Assembly (NCBI GenBank): GCA_051362555.1
Contig: CM120642.1
Coordinates: 5,022,001-5,086,000 of the forward strand
Direction of reading: 5' to 3'
Length of the DNA: 64,000 bases
From: Lingula anatina
Lineage: Eukaryota; Animalia; Brachiopoda
Shown: piece by piece, positions 40,501 through 54,547 of the stretch
Position numbering within the stretch: position 1 is the stretch's first letter
Layout: every line of letters starts with the position of its first letter
The notes under the pieces: model-generated
Told to the model about the DNA's origin: nothing
What the model saw: only the letters and a program-made list of their open reading frames with translations
The model's database searches: none
Position numbers and translations under genes: made by a program

Positions 40501-41471
40501 GCAGTTTTAATGGGGAAGGGGGGGGGGTTCTTTTCTGAAAAAAGTTGACCCAATGTGGAAAAAAAGGCATAGAATATACATCAAAATTTCCATTTCCAAT
40601 TAAAAGGGCAGTACTGTGTAACCTTGCCAACCCGCCACCCCCTACCTACAGGCAAGTTTTGATACAGTGTTTTGAGGTTGACGCTGGACATAATGTTACA
40701 AAATTGAAAATGTGATCAAAATATTTTTGGATGGAGTACTTAAAATTCACCCTGTGCATTTTAAGCATGAAATATACATCAAAAGATATCACAGGACACT
40801 TTTAAATAGAATGTGTAAAAATTATGAAAATGTTTTCCATAATGGCAGTCTCTTTGACACAGGCATGTACTGGTACATACAGAGTATGGATGCAATAGAA
40901 TAATACATCCAATTCAACAGAAATGAAACATTCAAAAACAGCTGTAAAGATAGTCACAATACAGATACTAAATGCCGTGTTTTGCATATTCAGCCACATT
41001 TTAAATCTCCTTTCCTTTATTTAATGAAAAAAGAAAATTTCAAGTCTTTTGACCTTACACTGTTCACTAAATCGTGATTTTCACGCTTGAAATTTTCTAT
41101 GACTCTGAGCTACTTGTAATGCAAAAACTGATAGTATTTACTCAAAAATTTTGAGCACTTCACTTATTATATCATTTCTTTATCATCTTTGTTATACACA
41201 AATGCATACTTTCTAATAAGAACCCAAAATTGTTCAAATTTCTTTAGTATCTTTTCAAGATAATTGTATTTCTTGAGTAATTGTTTCAAGACATTTGTAA
41301 CAAAAATATACATCTTAATATCTTTACTATCAATTCTTTTCAAATATTATCTTAATGTTACAACAGAAGTAATATTTCCTCAGTGACCCTGTATTATTAT
41401 AATTATTATTATGACAAATACATATGCGATCAGTAATATCAAACTTGGTAGATATAAATCTCCATTCACCA

Positions 41472-44400
41472 TTACATATTCTGAACATAAGGCAAGTACA
41501 ACTTCTTCACAGAATCTCTGTGTCTAAGAGATATGTTATCTACCCTCTGATGAAGAATAAAATGGGCATAGTCCCTTCTCTGGTCAACCTCAAGGACACC
41601 CAACGGAGGCTCATAGTCAACTGGAACCCTTTTATTTTGGGACTGCACAACCTTCACCTTGGCTTGTTTAGGTTTTGGGCGTACTGCTTTCTCCAGGGAC
41701 TGGTCTCCTTGCGATTTCACAGTCATCTGATGCCATGTTTTTGCTCGTTCTAGCTGCTTATGGAAGTCAGTGCCGAGTTCAGATTTGCTGAAAATGTTAT
41801 AATGATAGCATGTTTAGAACAAAATGGAGGGTATTTATCCATCAATTACCTTAGTCAAAGTGCAATGTCTTATTTTCAGAAAATTCAATAAAAATGTAAA
41901 AAAAAAAAAAAAAAATTGGACAGTAACTTGAACATTGGAGTAAAATAAATACCTTCTAGCCAATCTCATTTTTTCCTTCATTTCGTCAGTGTTTTCCACA
42001 TTACATGCCCATGGAGTGCTCATGTGAAGCTGAAATAGAAACAGGTCATCAGTATAAATGGAAAACCTTTTGTCTACTCAAAATAAATTTTAAAAAAATC
42101 ACCATGAATTTAAGTTTGTACCCCCTAAGGGTTCTAACTTATATTGAATATATGGTAAAAAAAAATGGGAAAAGGTAAAGAAGTTAAAAATATAAAGCTC
42201 AAATTATATTTATATAACAAAAAGTAATTTTCATTTTTTGAATTAAAAAATTGTATCAAATGGTAAAAGGATTTGAAAAATATACAAGTTTTTTGGAGGA
42301 TCGCTTTTCTAAAACAAATTAGTCCTTTCATTAATGATAATATTATACTAACAATTACTATATGATATTTAACAGCCATGCAAACTGTCTATCTATAACT
42401 GGGCATGCAAATCACTACCAGGTATAGGCTAACACTTTGCAAACATAAAATAATGAATTATATATTGATACATGTCATTCCCCCTCTCGAACCCCCAACA
42501 TAATCCACCTAACAACAGGCAAATCATTCAGTTGTTGTTAAAAAATGTCCTTACTGACATCTTGGTCCTCAGTAATAACAGACAGGCCTCAGCTGACACA
42601 TCACTAATGTAAGCTTATTTGACACAAGTCACCAGTTTGTTTACTGACACAAGTCACTATAGGCTTAACAACCAATGTAAGTCACTAAGAGCCCATTCCC
42701 ATATATAACATTGGTTTATGTAGATCAATCCAACTCTGCAGAGACTCTCACTGAGCACAATCTGCTTTACTGAATGACACACCTCTTCCTGGTATTACAT
42801 AAACAGACTACAGAATAGCTGGTGATTATATGAGTATGTTGGAAACAAGCTGAGGCGTGTCATTCAGTTAAGCTGATTGCACTCAGCAAGAGTTCCCACA
42901 GAGTTGTATTAATATACATGTAGACTGACAGTGTTTAAGGGAATGGGGTCTAAGTTACATGCTCACTGACAAAAGAAATTACAAGTTTTACAGGCACAAT
43001 ATTCACTAGGCTTAATACTGACAAAAGAAGCCACAAAGTTTACAATACAAATGTACACAATTTTAGTGAATAATATCAAAGAAATGGTCAAGGACCGCAA
43101 TTAAAACAGTACGTTGCTAAATAATGGCCATTATTTTGGAGGTCTTGCCTTGCTTAAAGCATCATAACACTTCCATGCTAAGTAAATAACTGATGCACAC
43201 ATGCTGTAGGGCTTTTCAATATTTGACATAAGCTGAAAGACAATTGTTCACTGCAAATTTATCTACAAAAAGCAAACTAATTTTTTTTCCTGGAACAAAA
43301 AATAAAGAAAAAAAAAACAGTACCACTTTGCACTGAATTTATGTCATGTGAAAACAACCAAAAGCCTAACACTAGCCTTACAGCTGCAGTAAAATATGCA
43401 ATATAATACAAGCCTGCCTCAATTGGGTGGATGGGTGGGTGGGTGGGGGTGGGGGGGGGGGGAAATTCTGTAAAAAATGTTGGGTAATGAGGCATGATTG
43501 AAAAATTTTCAATAAAAAGGGGGGGGGCACAATAAGCTTACAACATCATATTTGTTTTACAATGGATTTATAACAATCTTACCATGATCACTCTTACTGA
43601 TCTCGGCTGCAAAGATGAAATTATTCAGATCTTATGTCAAGGATAGTGCATGATAGTGCAAAATACCTTTAATACTGTAGTTTAGGAGATTTTTGAAAGG
43701 TAAATGCTGAAAGCCCCTGGTGGCTATATTTAACAGCAATTTCTCAGTATTTACTGTTACAAGCTTGCTTGGTGAACTTGGCAAGAAAATGACAATGAAA
43801 CTTGAAAGTTCTGTAGGATTATCATTTCATGTTACAAATTATTAAAAGAAATTAAAAATGATAACTCAAGCATTCAATGCCATGTTTTTGCAACTTACAG
43901 TATTTCTTGGCAGAATCATCGGGGTAAGTGTTGGAAGTCTAATAGATTCTGAACTAGCAGCACCAGAAACCTGAAAATCAAAATGAAAATTACTTGAAAA
44001 AACATTAAAATATGCCTCTAAAACCTCTCACAAACATCGGACTTTTTTCTTAATACATATTAACGTTGACATTGTCTTTTAGTGCAGATGTGTTTTCTAC
44101 ATCTTGAACACTCTACAGCTTAATCAGATAAAAGCTTTGCACAGAAATTAACATACACCATCACATATTTACTACAAAACACATTAAGCTTATTCATAGT
44201 GAGAGAACCATAACTGGTCAAATAATTCCAAAACTAACACCATGCTTCGTTTTCACTCCACATATTTCTTTGGCGTGGGGTTCAGGGCTGTTTAAGGGCC
44301 CTAAAAATTTTGGTAATTTAAAGGGCGAACATTGTCATATGGTACAGTTTAGAACAATGATTCAGCTAGTCAAAATTCTAATTTCAAGAGGGAACCATTG

Positions 44401-47400
44401 TGGTGATTTTTTCAGAAATTGAAGGGAAGGTAGGACCCCCTTGACACCCCCACAAAATCTGCCACTGCACAGAGTCCTATAGGTTGTCCTATACCGGGTA
44501 GGTGATTTTTATAACGGGTGCCTTTAGGTTATTTACCAATTGACATTCCCTGATTTTAGACTAATTTACCTTTGATGATCCCTCTGTCCCCAGTAATGCC
44601 ACATCCAGCTTGTGCATCAAGACTGGGCTCTTGTAGGTGGAGATGGCCAGGAAAAACTTCAGAAAGGCATCCAGAAGTTTTCTGAAATAGAAAATTTAAT
44701 TTTGCATCGTAAATGTAAATACACTGCACTAATAAATTCAAACTCTTTTATATATGGAAATAAATTATGAAAATGTTTTACAAAAATTTTGCAGATAGAA
44801 TAAACATGTGTATACCATGTGGAAAAATTATATGCAGGGTTTCACTCCAATGATATTCATTTCCTCCAGAAAAATTGCTTTGGGGCAAATACCGGTAATT
44901 CCCAAGCTGGTTGGAAGATGAAATCATTTTGATACGAGATTCCAGGAATTTATCATCCAGTGGTTTTCAACTAACCTATTTGAAGAGGTTCCATTGAACG
45001 CCAGCAGCATTCCCACCTGGTGAAGACCAATGCTGCCTAGCAACGCTTTGCTCTTTGGATTTAACCATAGGGGGCGCACAGATAGGTCAGACACTTTCAG
45101 TTGAAGCTCTGGTGCATGCTTAGTTATGGCGAGCTGAAATAGGTAAAAAATTCTATAAAAATATCCTTTAATATTTTATGATTTGGAATGAAATTGGACG
45201 TTACAAGTTTAAACATTATGTTAAATAAAAATTCAATTTCTATCAAATCAAAATTTTCGTGAAAATATTTCTTAAAGTTCTTAAAACTATATTTGTTACT
45301 CACCATGTCAATTATATGTGACACGTTCTTCTGTGAGACAGGAAGGAACTCGTACAGAGTGTGAAGGCAGACGACATTGCCACCCATTTCTGAAAATTAA
45401 AAAAAAAAGAAAAAAAAAGGCTTAAATATCAGGATTACTGAGCATATAATTGCTGAAAGAAATTTGGAAATTACGTTAGAAATACTTTAATTATCATCAG
45501 GTCTATAGACAGCAATTTCAAAAGGGGGGGGGGCATAATTTATCTGAGAAAATGGGAGTCCAAGGATAATTTTTACCTTAAGTTCTCCCAACTTGAAAAA
45601 TGGCATTAAATTGAGTGGAAGTTTTGATTCAGAGCTGACCTCAGCTGTTCGTTTGAACCCCTGAAGCCCCTGTCTAAAGCCTGATCATCACACATTAACT
45701 CAAGAAAATTTATCCTTAAATAAGTTACCTGATACAGCCCTTAATGTAATAAATGCAGACATGAGAAGCTCATCTAAGCTTGCATGAGGGAAAACCACAT
45801 ATGGATCCTTCAGAAGAGAACCTCTGGGCTGAAAGTGAAACCCTAAATAGTGCAGCAGGTCCAGACCCCCCTTGCTGGAGACAATAACTTCAGAGAGGAC
45901 TGATATCTTTTGGTCCTTTTCATCTGTATGGATCCTCTTCAGCGCATCATCCAGCTGGAATGAAATAGATAATAATTATGATGAGCAGGTATATTATTAT
46001 AATGGTCATGTAAGACCACCTTTTTTATCCATATTATTATGAAGCTTTGCAGGATATTTACACAAAAAATATGGCTTTGGATCATTTTCAAATGTGTAGA
46101 TCGAGTCTTTACAGGTTTAAGTACACACAGCACTTCAAATTATATTTCAACGTGCTGTTTCAACATGTGTTCACAAGGCATGATTGCAGCTAATACAAAT
46201 AGGCATTGTTTAGAAAGAGAAAACTGTATATCATCAATATTACCAAGTCTATGAGATGTTCCACCACTTGAGGTTGTTTACCATGGTGACACAGCAGGGG
46301 TAACAGCTTCTCTTGGAGTGTTTGCATATTTTCCTCTTTCTCTGCAACTGTTAAGGAAAAGATTGAATAAATGAAAACCTATAATTTTTACAAACTTATG
46401 TTATGCTTTATTAACTTACATGTATAACAAGTAATACTCCTCCATTCCAGACTCAGATCTCTAACATACATGTCCATGTACTAGTAGTGCATCAAGTAAG
46501 CTGTATTATGACAAAGTATGTTAAATAATTATTTAAAACTAACCAACACCGAACTACTTATCAAAAGAATCTACATGTATTAACCTTCCACTGGCATATA
46601 TTGTCACCTTACTCTACAGTGCATCCTTAATGTCTTTGATAATCAGTATTTTCAAACATATCAGAAGACTCCATACATACCATTTGGTGTCAGAGGTTTG
46701 GGATTCAAGACGTCTTTCTTCAGATTTTGCAGCACCTCTTTCTCCACTTTGTCCACCTTCTGGTGCAACATGGCCTCATGGACGTGGTGGAGGCTGACAT
46801 GGCCATCTTTCCCGACCAGTGTGAATGGTGCCCAGTACGATATATCACTGGAAAATAATTATAAAAATAATTACAATCCCTTGTACCATATCCAGTCTCT
46901 TTTGTTTGTTATATTTTTCTTGTAATTTTTTTCTCCTTTGGGAGACCAGGGTCTAATGATTTACTGACCTAAAGCAGAAACTGTGGCCAATAATAACATG
47001 ATTTTTGCTGGTCTGGTGTCAGTTGAAATGGCATTGGTGTGGGGCAAGTAATAATGTCACCAACTGCATTGAATTCCTCACTAATCAACCCTTTGTCTTT
47101 TAAAATTAAAATCACTGTGACAATTTCATGATCTTGATAAAAACTGGGCTGTCCTAATGAACCAGTGCAAGCAATGCTCATCAACAACAGTGATTAAAAA
47201 CAATATCTTAAGAATAGACATTATCTTATGTATTGCAAATGTATACTCATGTACATAATAATATTTTGCATACTGCCAACATATGCACTCCTGCCAGTAC
47301 TGCAGTGATATAAAAATGTTGAAGTAAGTAAGAATTTTCATCTTTTCCTAAGCACATGTCTACAGCATATTAAGATGTATACCTCTTTTCCTTTTTAACT

Positions 47401-50400
47401 TCCTCTACTGCTGTGTTGACAGCTGTAGACAGTAGACAGCCTGTCTGTAGAGCCGAGTAGAAATGATAGTAGAATTTCTCTAACACGTGGTTTGGCACAC
47501 TCCACAGTAAGGTGAGGACACAATGGGCTCCTGTAATGAAGAGAACATTATAACAATCTGAATGCTGTTTGCTTTAATTTCATTCCACAGTGCAATAACC
47601 ATCCTTAAAATATTTTTTCATCCATAACACACGGTATCCCATGAATGAAAAAAAAGAATTTTTTAAATGACACAGCAGGTTGCAAAGAAAAATACACATA
47701 TCAAAAACTTTCAAGGCATCTCCATCTCTTTGAACTTTAGCTACACATGGCATGATGGCAGCCATGAAGCCACTACAGCATACGTAGTAACATATTAGGA
47801 CTTATCAAACTAGATTGGACAGTAAAGTGTACCACTCGATCGAAAAGAAGGGCCAAAAACTCAGACCACCTCTATACCGGTGTTGTTGGAGTGGAATTAT
47901 ATACCTGCAGCTAGCAGAGCACTGGGCAATGCCATCCCCACATCTACATAGTCTCTGCTGTGAGAGGACCAGCCACAGCTCAGCACCACCAGCTTAGCAC
48001 ACATGGTGCAGTTTATGATGTCCTCAGTGGTGACAAGGTAAGAGGACTCTTTGGGGACACCGCCAGCACCACCTGTGTCCTCTCTGGCCGGGTTAGGGCT
48101 GAATACCAAGAATCCTTCTTTAAGGCATCCAAAGGTGGCTGGAAGTTGTGGTGAAAGGCTAAATAATGTATCGATCAGCTTTTCTACTAAAAAGTCTTTA
48201 GACTTAAATTAATAACAAGAGAGACAGAGGACTCTTTCCTTTTTTCTTTCTTTTCTGGATCTAAAATTAATTTCTGCACACATTTACCAACAGTTAAATA
48301 ATGCAATCTAGCTTTCAGCAGAAAAAAGAATTTATCAAATATCACTAAAAATGAAGTAGTATTTGTAAAAGATAACTACCAATATGCAAAACTGTTGCTG
48401 TCTGCATCTCTTTCAGAAATCTCTCCTTGGTGGCCTCTTCCCCTGATATGGTGATAACATCACAGTAATCAGCCACAGCATACACCTCCTTCTGTGCCTC
48501 TGACAGCTCAAATGGGGGCTGCCATTCTTTGCCGTTTAGCTGCAGACTGAAACAAAAGAATATGAATTGTTAAGAAGAGTACAGCATTGTGATGAAAAGT
48601 GAAAAAATATTTATTATTTATTTATATCTATGCCTAAAATATGTTTCATGGAATTACTGAATGAAACCAAATCATATTCTCCCATAAAATAGGAGGAAAA
48701 AGTACCAAGTAATTTTATATCGAGTTGAAAAAGATAAAAACTTTTGCTTCAGTTTAAAAACTCATATTTCCACTTACCGATCAGGTAACTTGGGGTTCCC
48801 AAAAACCACACACCTGTCTGTGTCACTTATCTGTTGAAACTCTGGGACCCAGTCTGTGGAACTAACAATGTCCGTTCCCGTCGAAGTCCTCGTTGTCAAC
48901 GTTGTCAATGACCCTGCATGGAGCATCCTATCCAGAGATGTTGGGGCACCAATGGTCTTTATGGCCTTCAGGTTGGGGGTGAGGGGAGGAGACGGAAGAG
49001 CTGTAGACTTACTGGCCATGGATAGGAAGGTACTCTCCCTTGAGAAAGCCGGCAGACTGGTGCTTGGAGTCATTGGAGGGGGGATAAGAGCTCCAGATTT
49101 GAGCAATCGGGGATTAGATGTCCTTCGTGGATCTATGCAGTCAAGATCAGCACCACTGTTATACCCATTGCTTGTCCCCAGCAAAAGGTGAAGGTCACGG
49201 TTCGATCGTGAGATCTCCTCCTCTGTGAGAAGACGACTCATTCCACCAAGGCACGATTTGGCACGTTCAAATTCCAGTTCGTCCTGAGATCTGAGACTGT
49301 CGATGACATTCTGTGTGACTTTCTCAAGGACCATCAAACTTGGCACAATTGTGAAGCTGTATTTCTTGGATACCTGGACGTTGCTCCAGTCTTCCAGAAT
49401 GGGGAAGGGGCATTGGTAGAGCTCCTTATCAGGAATGATCACAATGGAGCTGCCCGTCTCTAACTCTGACAAAATATCTGCCACTGGAGACAGCAGCATG
49501 TCAAATAACCTCCTTTGTGGAGATTTAACAAGTGTTTTATTTCTTGAAGGAAATACATCCTCCTCTTTGGGTTCAGATAGGGCACTGCCCTTTTCAGGTA
49601 CTTTACCATGCTCTTCCTTGTGTGAGGTTTGATCACGGGATTTCTTTTCATTAGCTTGCCTCTTCAGGCTCAGTTCTGTTGTCTTCAAAGGCAAAGCCCT
49701 GTTTTCACACTCATATTGCTGCTGCTCAAAGTCTCTCCCTTTACTGCACAATTCCTCACACAGTCCCTTAATCAGCTGGTTGAAGGTTACATCCTTGCTA
49801 GGGGGCCTAGTGGAGTAAAACCGAACCAAACCCTTACCTGGTTGAAGGACCCATATTAATAAGCTGCCTGGAAGAACCGTGTAGTATAATACTGTGGCAT
49901 TCTGTTCATTGACCACCCTTGTGATTTTCTCTATGGTCCACATGTCGAGATTGGCCCCATGGACATTGGTCATTCTGGACAGACACCTGGATGTAAGGGG
50001 GTTGTGGTTCTTGACTGACAGAAGCTTCATCTTTTTGTGACACTCAGAATACTGGAGACATTCATCCTTGACACCAAGTTTGCAAAGCACATTCTGCATG
50101 CCATCGTAACACTGAGAAAGCTGAGATCGCATCTCGTCCAAGCCACTCATTTCTTCGTCCATCATTTGCTGTGCCTTGTCTTCAAACCCTGGAATGAGTC
50201 TTTCGAAATATTTCCTCGCCTGCTCCAACTCTGAGTGCTGTGTAGAGTGCTGAAGAATCAAGGCCGAGTTGAACTCAATGTCTGTTGTAAATTCCTCAAA
50301 ATCAAAATCACTCACGATCTGTTGTGCCTCTTCGTAGTAAAACAAGGCATATTGGTGGCGCTTCTTCAATTGAAAGGCTTTTGCTAGCTTGCAACACGCT

Positions 50401-53400
50401 TTGCAGCGCTCCTTTAGATTTTTTAGCACATTTTTATGCATTTCCTCATAGGCAGTCACAGCATGATCATAATCCCCCTTGTCCATGTATGTGTCACCTA
50501 GCAACTCAGTGGCCAAGGCGATGACCTTTGAGTTCTTGAGCTTCCTCCCAATGGCCAAGTGTTGCTCATGGTATGTTATCGCAAGCTGCCAGTTGTGCAA
50601 CTCAGCAGAACATCTTCCCAGCAGGCCATAGGCATGCCCAACACCCTTACGGTCCCCCTGCTTTTTACTGATTGCTAAATAGGTCTTAAAGTGCTTAGTG
50701 GCTTCGTCATAATTCTGTAGCATTTCGTACAGCATGCCTACGTGGTAGTGTGACTCTGCCTCTTCACCAATGTCATGCCCATGTTTGTTGACCAGTGCCA
50801 CATAATGTTCTGCATGAAGGAGAGCTTGTTTTAGCTTGCCGATGCTCTTGTAGGCAATGCTCAGGTTAAGATACAGTGCAACCTGTAACTCTGGAGTCCA
50901 ATACTCCGGCAGATCTCCACCATCCTTCCTAGAATTGTGATAGGGACTCTGTCACTAACTCATTTTACTTTTATCTAAAACTTTTTCGAAATTAATATTT
51001 TTAAAGTCCTTATTGCAAACACTTTTTAAATATTGGTGAATTTTTTTTTTTTTTTAAGTATATGTATTTTAAGTATGCATGAACTTGGTAGCCAATACCA
51101 GTACATACAAAACCTCATCAAAAATAATAAGTAGAATTTTGTCAAGCAATTATAAAAGCTGTATCATAAATTAAATACCTCTGATTTTCCCCACTGCCAC
51201 GGAGCTCTGTTTCCAGGTCCAGCAGCCTCTCATAGTAAATAATGGCTTGGTGGATATCCTCTGAATCCATGGACAGACTGGCCAAGTTCACTAGAGCCTT
51301 GGTTTGATACTGAGGGTCATGTGCGGAGAGGGCCACAGTCAAGCAGTCTTGATACAGGGAGATGGCGATGTCTGTGCATTTGAGAGCTGACTGCGCATTG
51401 GCCATTGTGAAGAGGATCTTCATTTGAATACCTGAAAAGAAAATTATATTTTAATTGTGCACACTTGTGGACATTGACGGAAAAATCACTTCACACAACT
51501 TGGTAATTGTGATTATTATCCAAAATAGATTACATATTTTTCTTTATTCTAGCTGCTTCTCATTCTTGCTCATGACACTTCATTATGAAATCTGTGTTGG
51601 GCCTTTTACAAATATCTTATTCATTCATATAGTCTTAAAAGTATTCATTTTGTAAGACTTCAGAAAAACTTAATGAGAAGTTAAAGTTGAAGTTTATACA
51701 GATTTGTGTAACATTAATCTGAGGTTAACACAATGTCTTTCTCAATATCATATGCCTCATGGCTAAGATATTCATCTGGGTCAAAATTGCACATCCAAAA
51801 ACACAATACACTGTCACTCATAACACAATGTGACCATACCCTGTTGATTTGTCTCCAGTTTCTGAGCAGTTTCAAGCACCTGAATACAAAGCTCATACTT
51901 CTTTGCAAGGTACAACAGACTACCCATCTCACACAGCTTGGTGTATGGGTCCATTGCTGAGGAGATAAAAATCATGTGAATTTATAAATACTTTTCACAA
52001 ACCCTCTCTGGCTAAAACTGCTGAGGTTATAAAATTTGACATAATATTAAACAGTGAATCCAATCTTAGGAGTTTTTTAAAGTATGCAAAACAATCAAAA
52101 AGTCTCTCCATAGTTTCACAATTCAAGAGGCAACACACACTTTACTTTTGAATAAATGTTGCTTTTTTAATATAACACAATAAATCAAAATTGCAATGAT
52201 CCTTTGTTATTTTAAATTAAAATGGCTGTCTTTCAAATTTTAAGTAAAAACGTAACACAAATATAATAGTAATAACATGAAGAAACTATAGACCTCATGC
52301 CCATATACATAGTTTGATATTCATATTTTTCATATCTTTGGTCTATTTTTTTTCTTCTTTCTTTTTTTTTAATGTACATATCACATTTTACCTTCAAACT
52401 TCTCCAGTGTCTTCAAAGGCAGCTTGCACACCCTGATGACCATGGCTGCAATATTATCAGACAGAATGTCCCCATGTTGAGAATCACAGTTCAGAGACTT
52501 CAGAAATGACCGTAGGGCAGCTTTGTGTTGACCAAGCTGCTCTAATGCAATGCCCAGTAGGTAGTGGCCCTGGAGTGAAAAATGTTCTTTGTTTATTTTC
52601 ATATCAACAAAGGCTGTTAAATTATATGTTGGTGGGTAGCAAAACAGCAAACATAAGCATTAATGTAAATTGGCTTTCTGGTAACAAGAACAACCAAACA
52701 GCAATTAGCATGGCATGTGTGGCGAATCTTTTGTGTAGCCCGGAGGGGCTTGTGTTTCAGAATGTGTGATACATAATTTAAGGTGTGCCTCTGTTGCACT
52801 GACTGGTCAAATAGTTGGACTTTTAGAAAAAAGATCATTGAGAAAAAATTAATTTGGTTTTTAAAAAAGCTTGAGTAGCATGATTAATTCAATGAATTAA
52901 TTTATTATATTATCTAGTAGATAACAGGAGACAACACATTAGCACTCACATGAATGGATGCACTGCTTATCACATGAAATTTTCACAAAAGACAGAAAAA
53001 AACCCAGAATACGGAGCAAATAGAATACAATGTTAAAAATGCTGAAATTCATGTTAATGTTTCTTGCTGATGACACCTTTCAAACCTAAATTAGTATAAA
53101 CTAAATTACATAACTCAAATTTACCTGGGGATAGTCTTCCTGAGCCCCAATCAATATTTCAGCCTCCTTCTGTGCTGCAATGAAGTCACCAGTATCAATA
53201 AACACAGCAGTTTTACTGGCCAGCACCTCCACATTGCTCCTGTCTATCTCTAGGGCCTCGTTATACAGTGTCAGGGCCTCCTCATAGTTGCCCTCCTCAA
53301 ATGCTGCATCTGCCTTGTCCTTTAAGGCATTCACCTTTTATTTAAAATAAAGTTATAATAGTATGTAACACCATGGACCATCATTCTATTCTTCCAGTAC

Positions 53401-53718
53401 TGGGTCAATATGTCAACTGAGTTGGTGACATCAGTGGAAACTAGTTTACTTTTGTTTTTATGTTGCCTAGATAAACAATAATTAATTGTGATATTACACA
53501 AGGCATTTAATCAACAAATACCAGACAGTGAGAACTATCATGGTTTTTAAAAATCTTTGCATAAAACATCTCCAATGTGGCCTACAGTATATTAATACAT
53601 GTACCTCATTGATTTCTTCAGTCTCACTGAGAGCTGTCTCACTGCCTTCCCCAGCACTGTGAACACTGTGACGGCTCCCAGAGAACCAGGAGACTGGAGT
53701 GTGCTTGGATTTGGGCAT
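41472..53718 (-). CDS. TTC28-like TPR + CHAT domain protein (~1630 aa)
   Basis: Exons: 53605-53718, 53125-53334, 52392-52569, 51840-51956, 51179-51431, 48778-50928, 48380-48546, 47905-48138, 47383-47530, 46681-46847, 46244-46347, 45729-45954, 45304-45389, 44976-45133, 44570-44681, 43899-43970, 41953-42029, 41472-41787; total 4890 nt, in frame. N-terminal TPRs (AFEEGNYEEALTLYNEALEID; AITYHEQHLAI). CHAT motifs LFDMLLSP, IVIIPD..L..CPF, VVFGNP, EATKERFL, LVVLS, LWSVP, YWAPFTLVG. TTC28-type C-terminal region (LDDALKRI...GGLDLLHYLGF...VVFP). Confidence 0.88.
42689..42950. mobile_element. Palindromic PIF/Harbinger-like MITE, copy 2
   Basis: TAA TSD. Termini GAGCCCATTCC...GGAATGGGGTC. Shares tagatcaatccaactctg and tatgttggaaacaag with copy 1. 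Confidence 0.7.
43583..43606 (-). CDS. Putative 24-nt in-frame microexon (PRSVRVIM) of the TTC28-like gene
   Basis: tttcatctttgcag|CCGAGATCAGTAAGAGTGATCATG|gtaaga. Phase 0-0, inside a phase-0 intron. Confidence 0.55.
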
Positions 53719-53863
53719 CTTGTCTTGTCCCCTATCAGCTATTTGACAATCATTGTTTCATCAGAGGTAGGAATGTTAACAGGTTTTCATCTAAGGAAAA
53801 GAAATAAAAATAGGCATTCTTTAAGCTTAAAATACTTTAGAACATTATGCAGCTTCTCCTTAA

Positions 53864-54206
53864 AGGGATAATAACTCTTCGTATGAGATCTATATTTCAC
53901 AATAAAAACATTGTAAACAACTCACAGATATATAATATATTCGGTTTTACCACAAAAACAGCAGTTATAATATAGCTAATATTCTGATATCTGAACTTGT
54001 CGTCGGACCACATGACCTCCATAGATGGCTATACTCTAGCTGTAACAATCTCTAAAGAGATTATTACAAAAAAAAAAAAAAAAAATTAGGAAAATACCAT
54101 GGACTTACTTTGAAATGGATTCATTAACCATTGGTAACTAGGGGAAACTTGTTGTTTGCTCTAGGAAAATTCATTTTTTTTGCCAAAACGAACAGTTATT
54201 ATCCCT
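53864..54206. mobile_element. Kolobok-like MITE, copy 1
   Basis: TTAA TSD on both sides. TIR AGGGATAATAAC...GTTATTATCCCT; 5'-RR termini with TTAA fit Kolobok rather than piggyBac. Confidence 0.8.
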
Positions 54207-54547
54207 TTAACAAAAAAGTAACTGTTGTATTAGTTTAGAAAATTATAAAATAAATAAATAAATAAAATGTAGATTGGAAATAATTAAAGCAGCCTTAATG
54301 TCTCAGTTAACCTTTATATAAATTATTTGTCATATATTTCTTTAATGAGATCTTGTTTAAATTAGATAAATTAGATATAAGAGCTTTTTCAAGCTTAGGT
54401 ACAAATTAAGTCTGAAACATGTGTATGGGCAGTAATTAAGGTAACCACACATGTTCTTTCCTAGGCCATGTTTTCTGTCAAAACACTCCTAATAACATTT
54501 TTACTGTTCCAATTTCTACTAACAGACTGTCTAGAGTCAGAGCTTAA

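Noticed and set aside
42550-43060. Short recurring ttactgacacaagtcac motifs as a CRISPR-like array
   Set aside because: Degenerate and irregularly spaced, in a eukaryotic intron; a decayed minisatellite interrupted by a MITE.
48856-50524. Plus-strand ORFs within the large TTC28-like exon
   Set aside because: Antisense shadows of a long coding exon with no recognisable motifs.
41472-53718. Bacterial-type TPR-CHAT defence system (Craspase or gasdermin-associated)
   Set aside because: The gene has spliceosomal introns, a TTC28-like C-terminus and a degenerate dyad; there are no CRISPR arrays, cas genes or operon structure.
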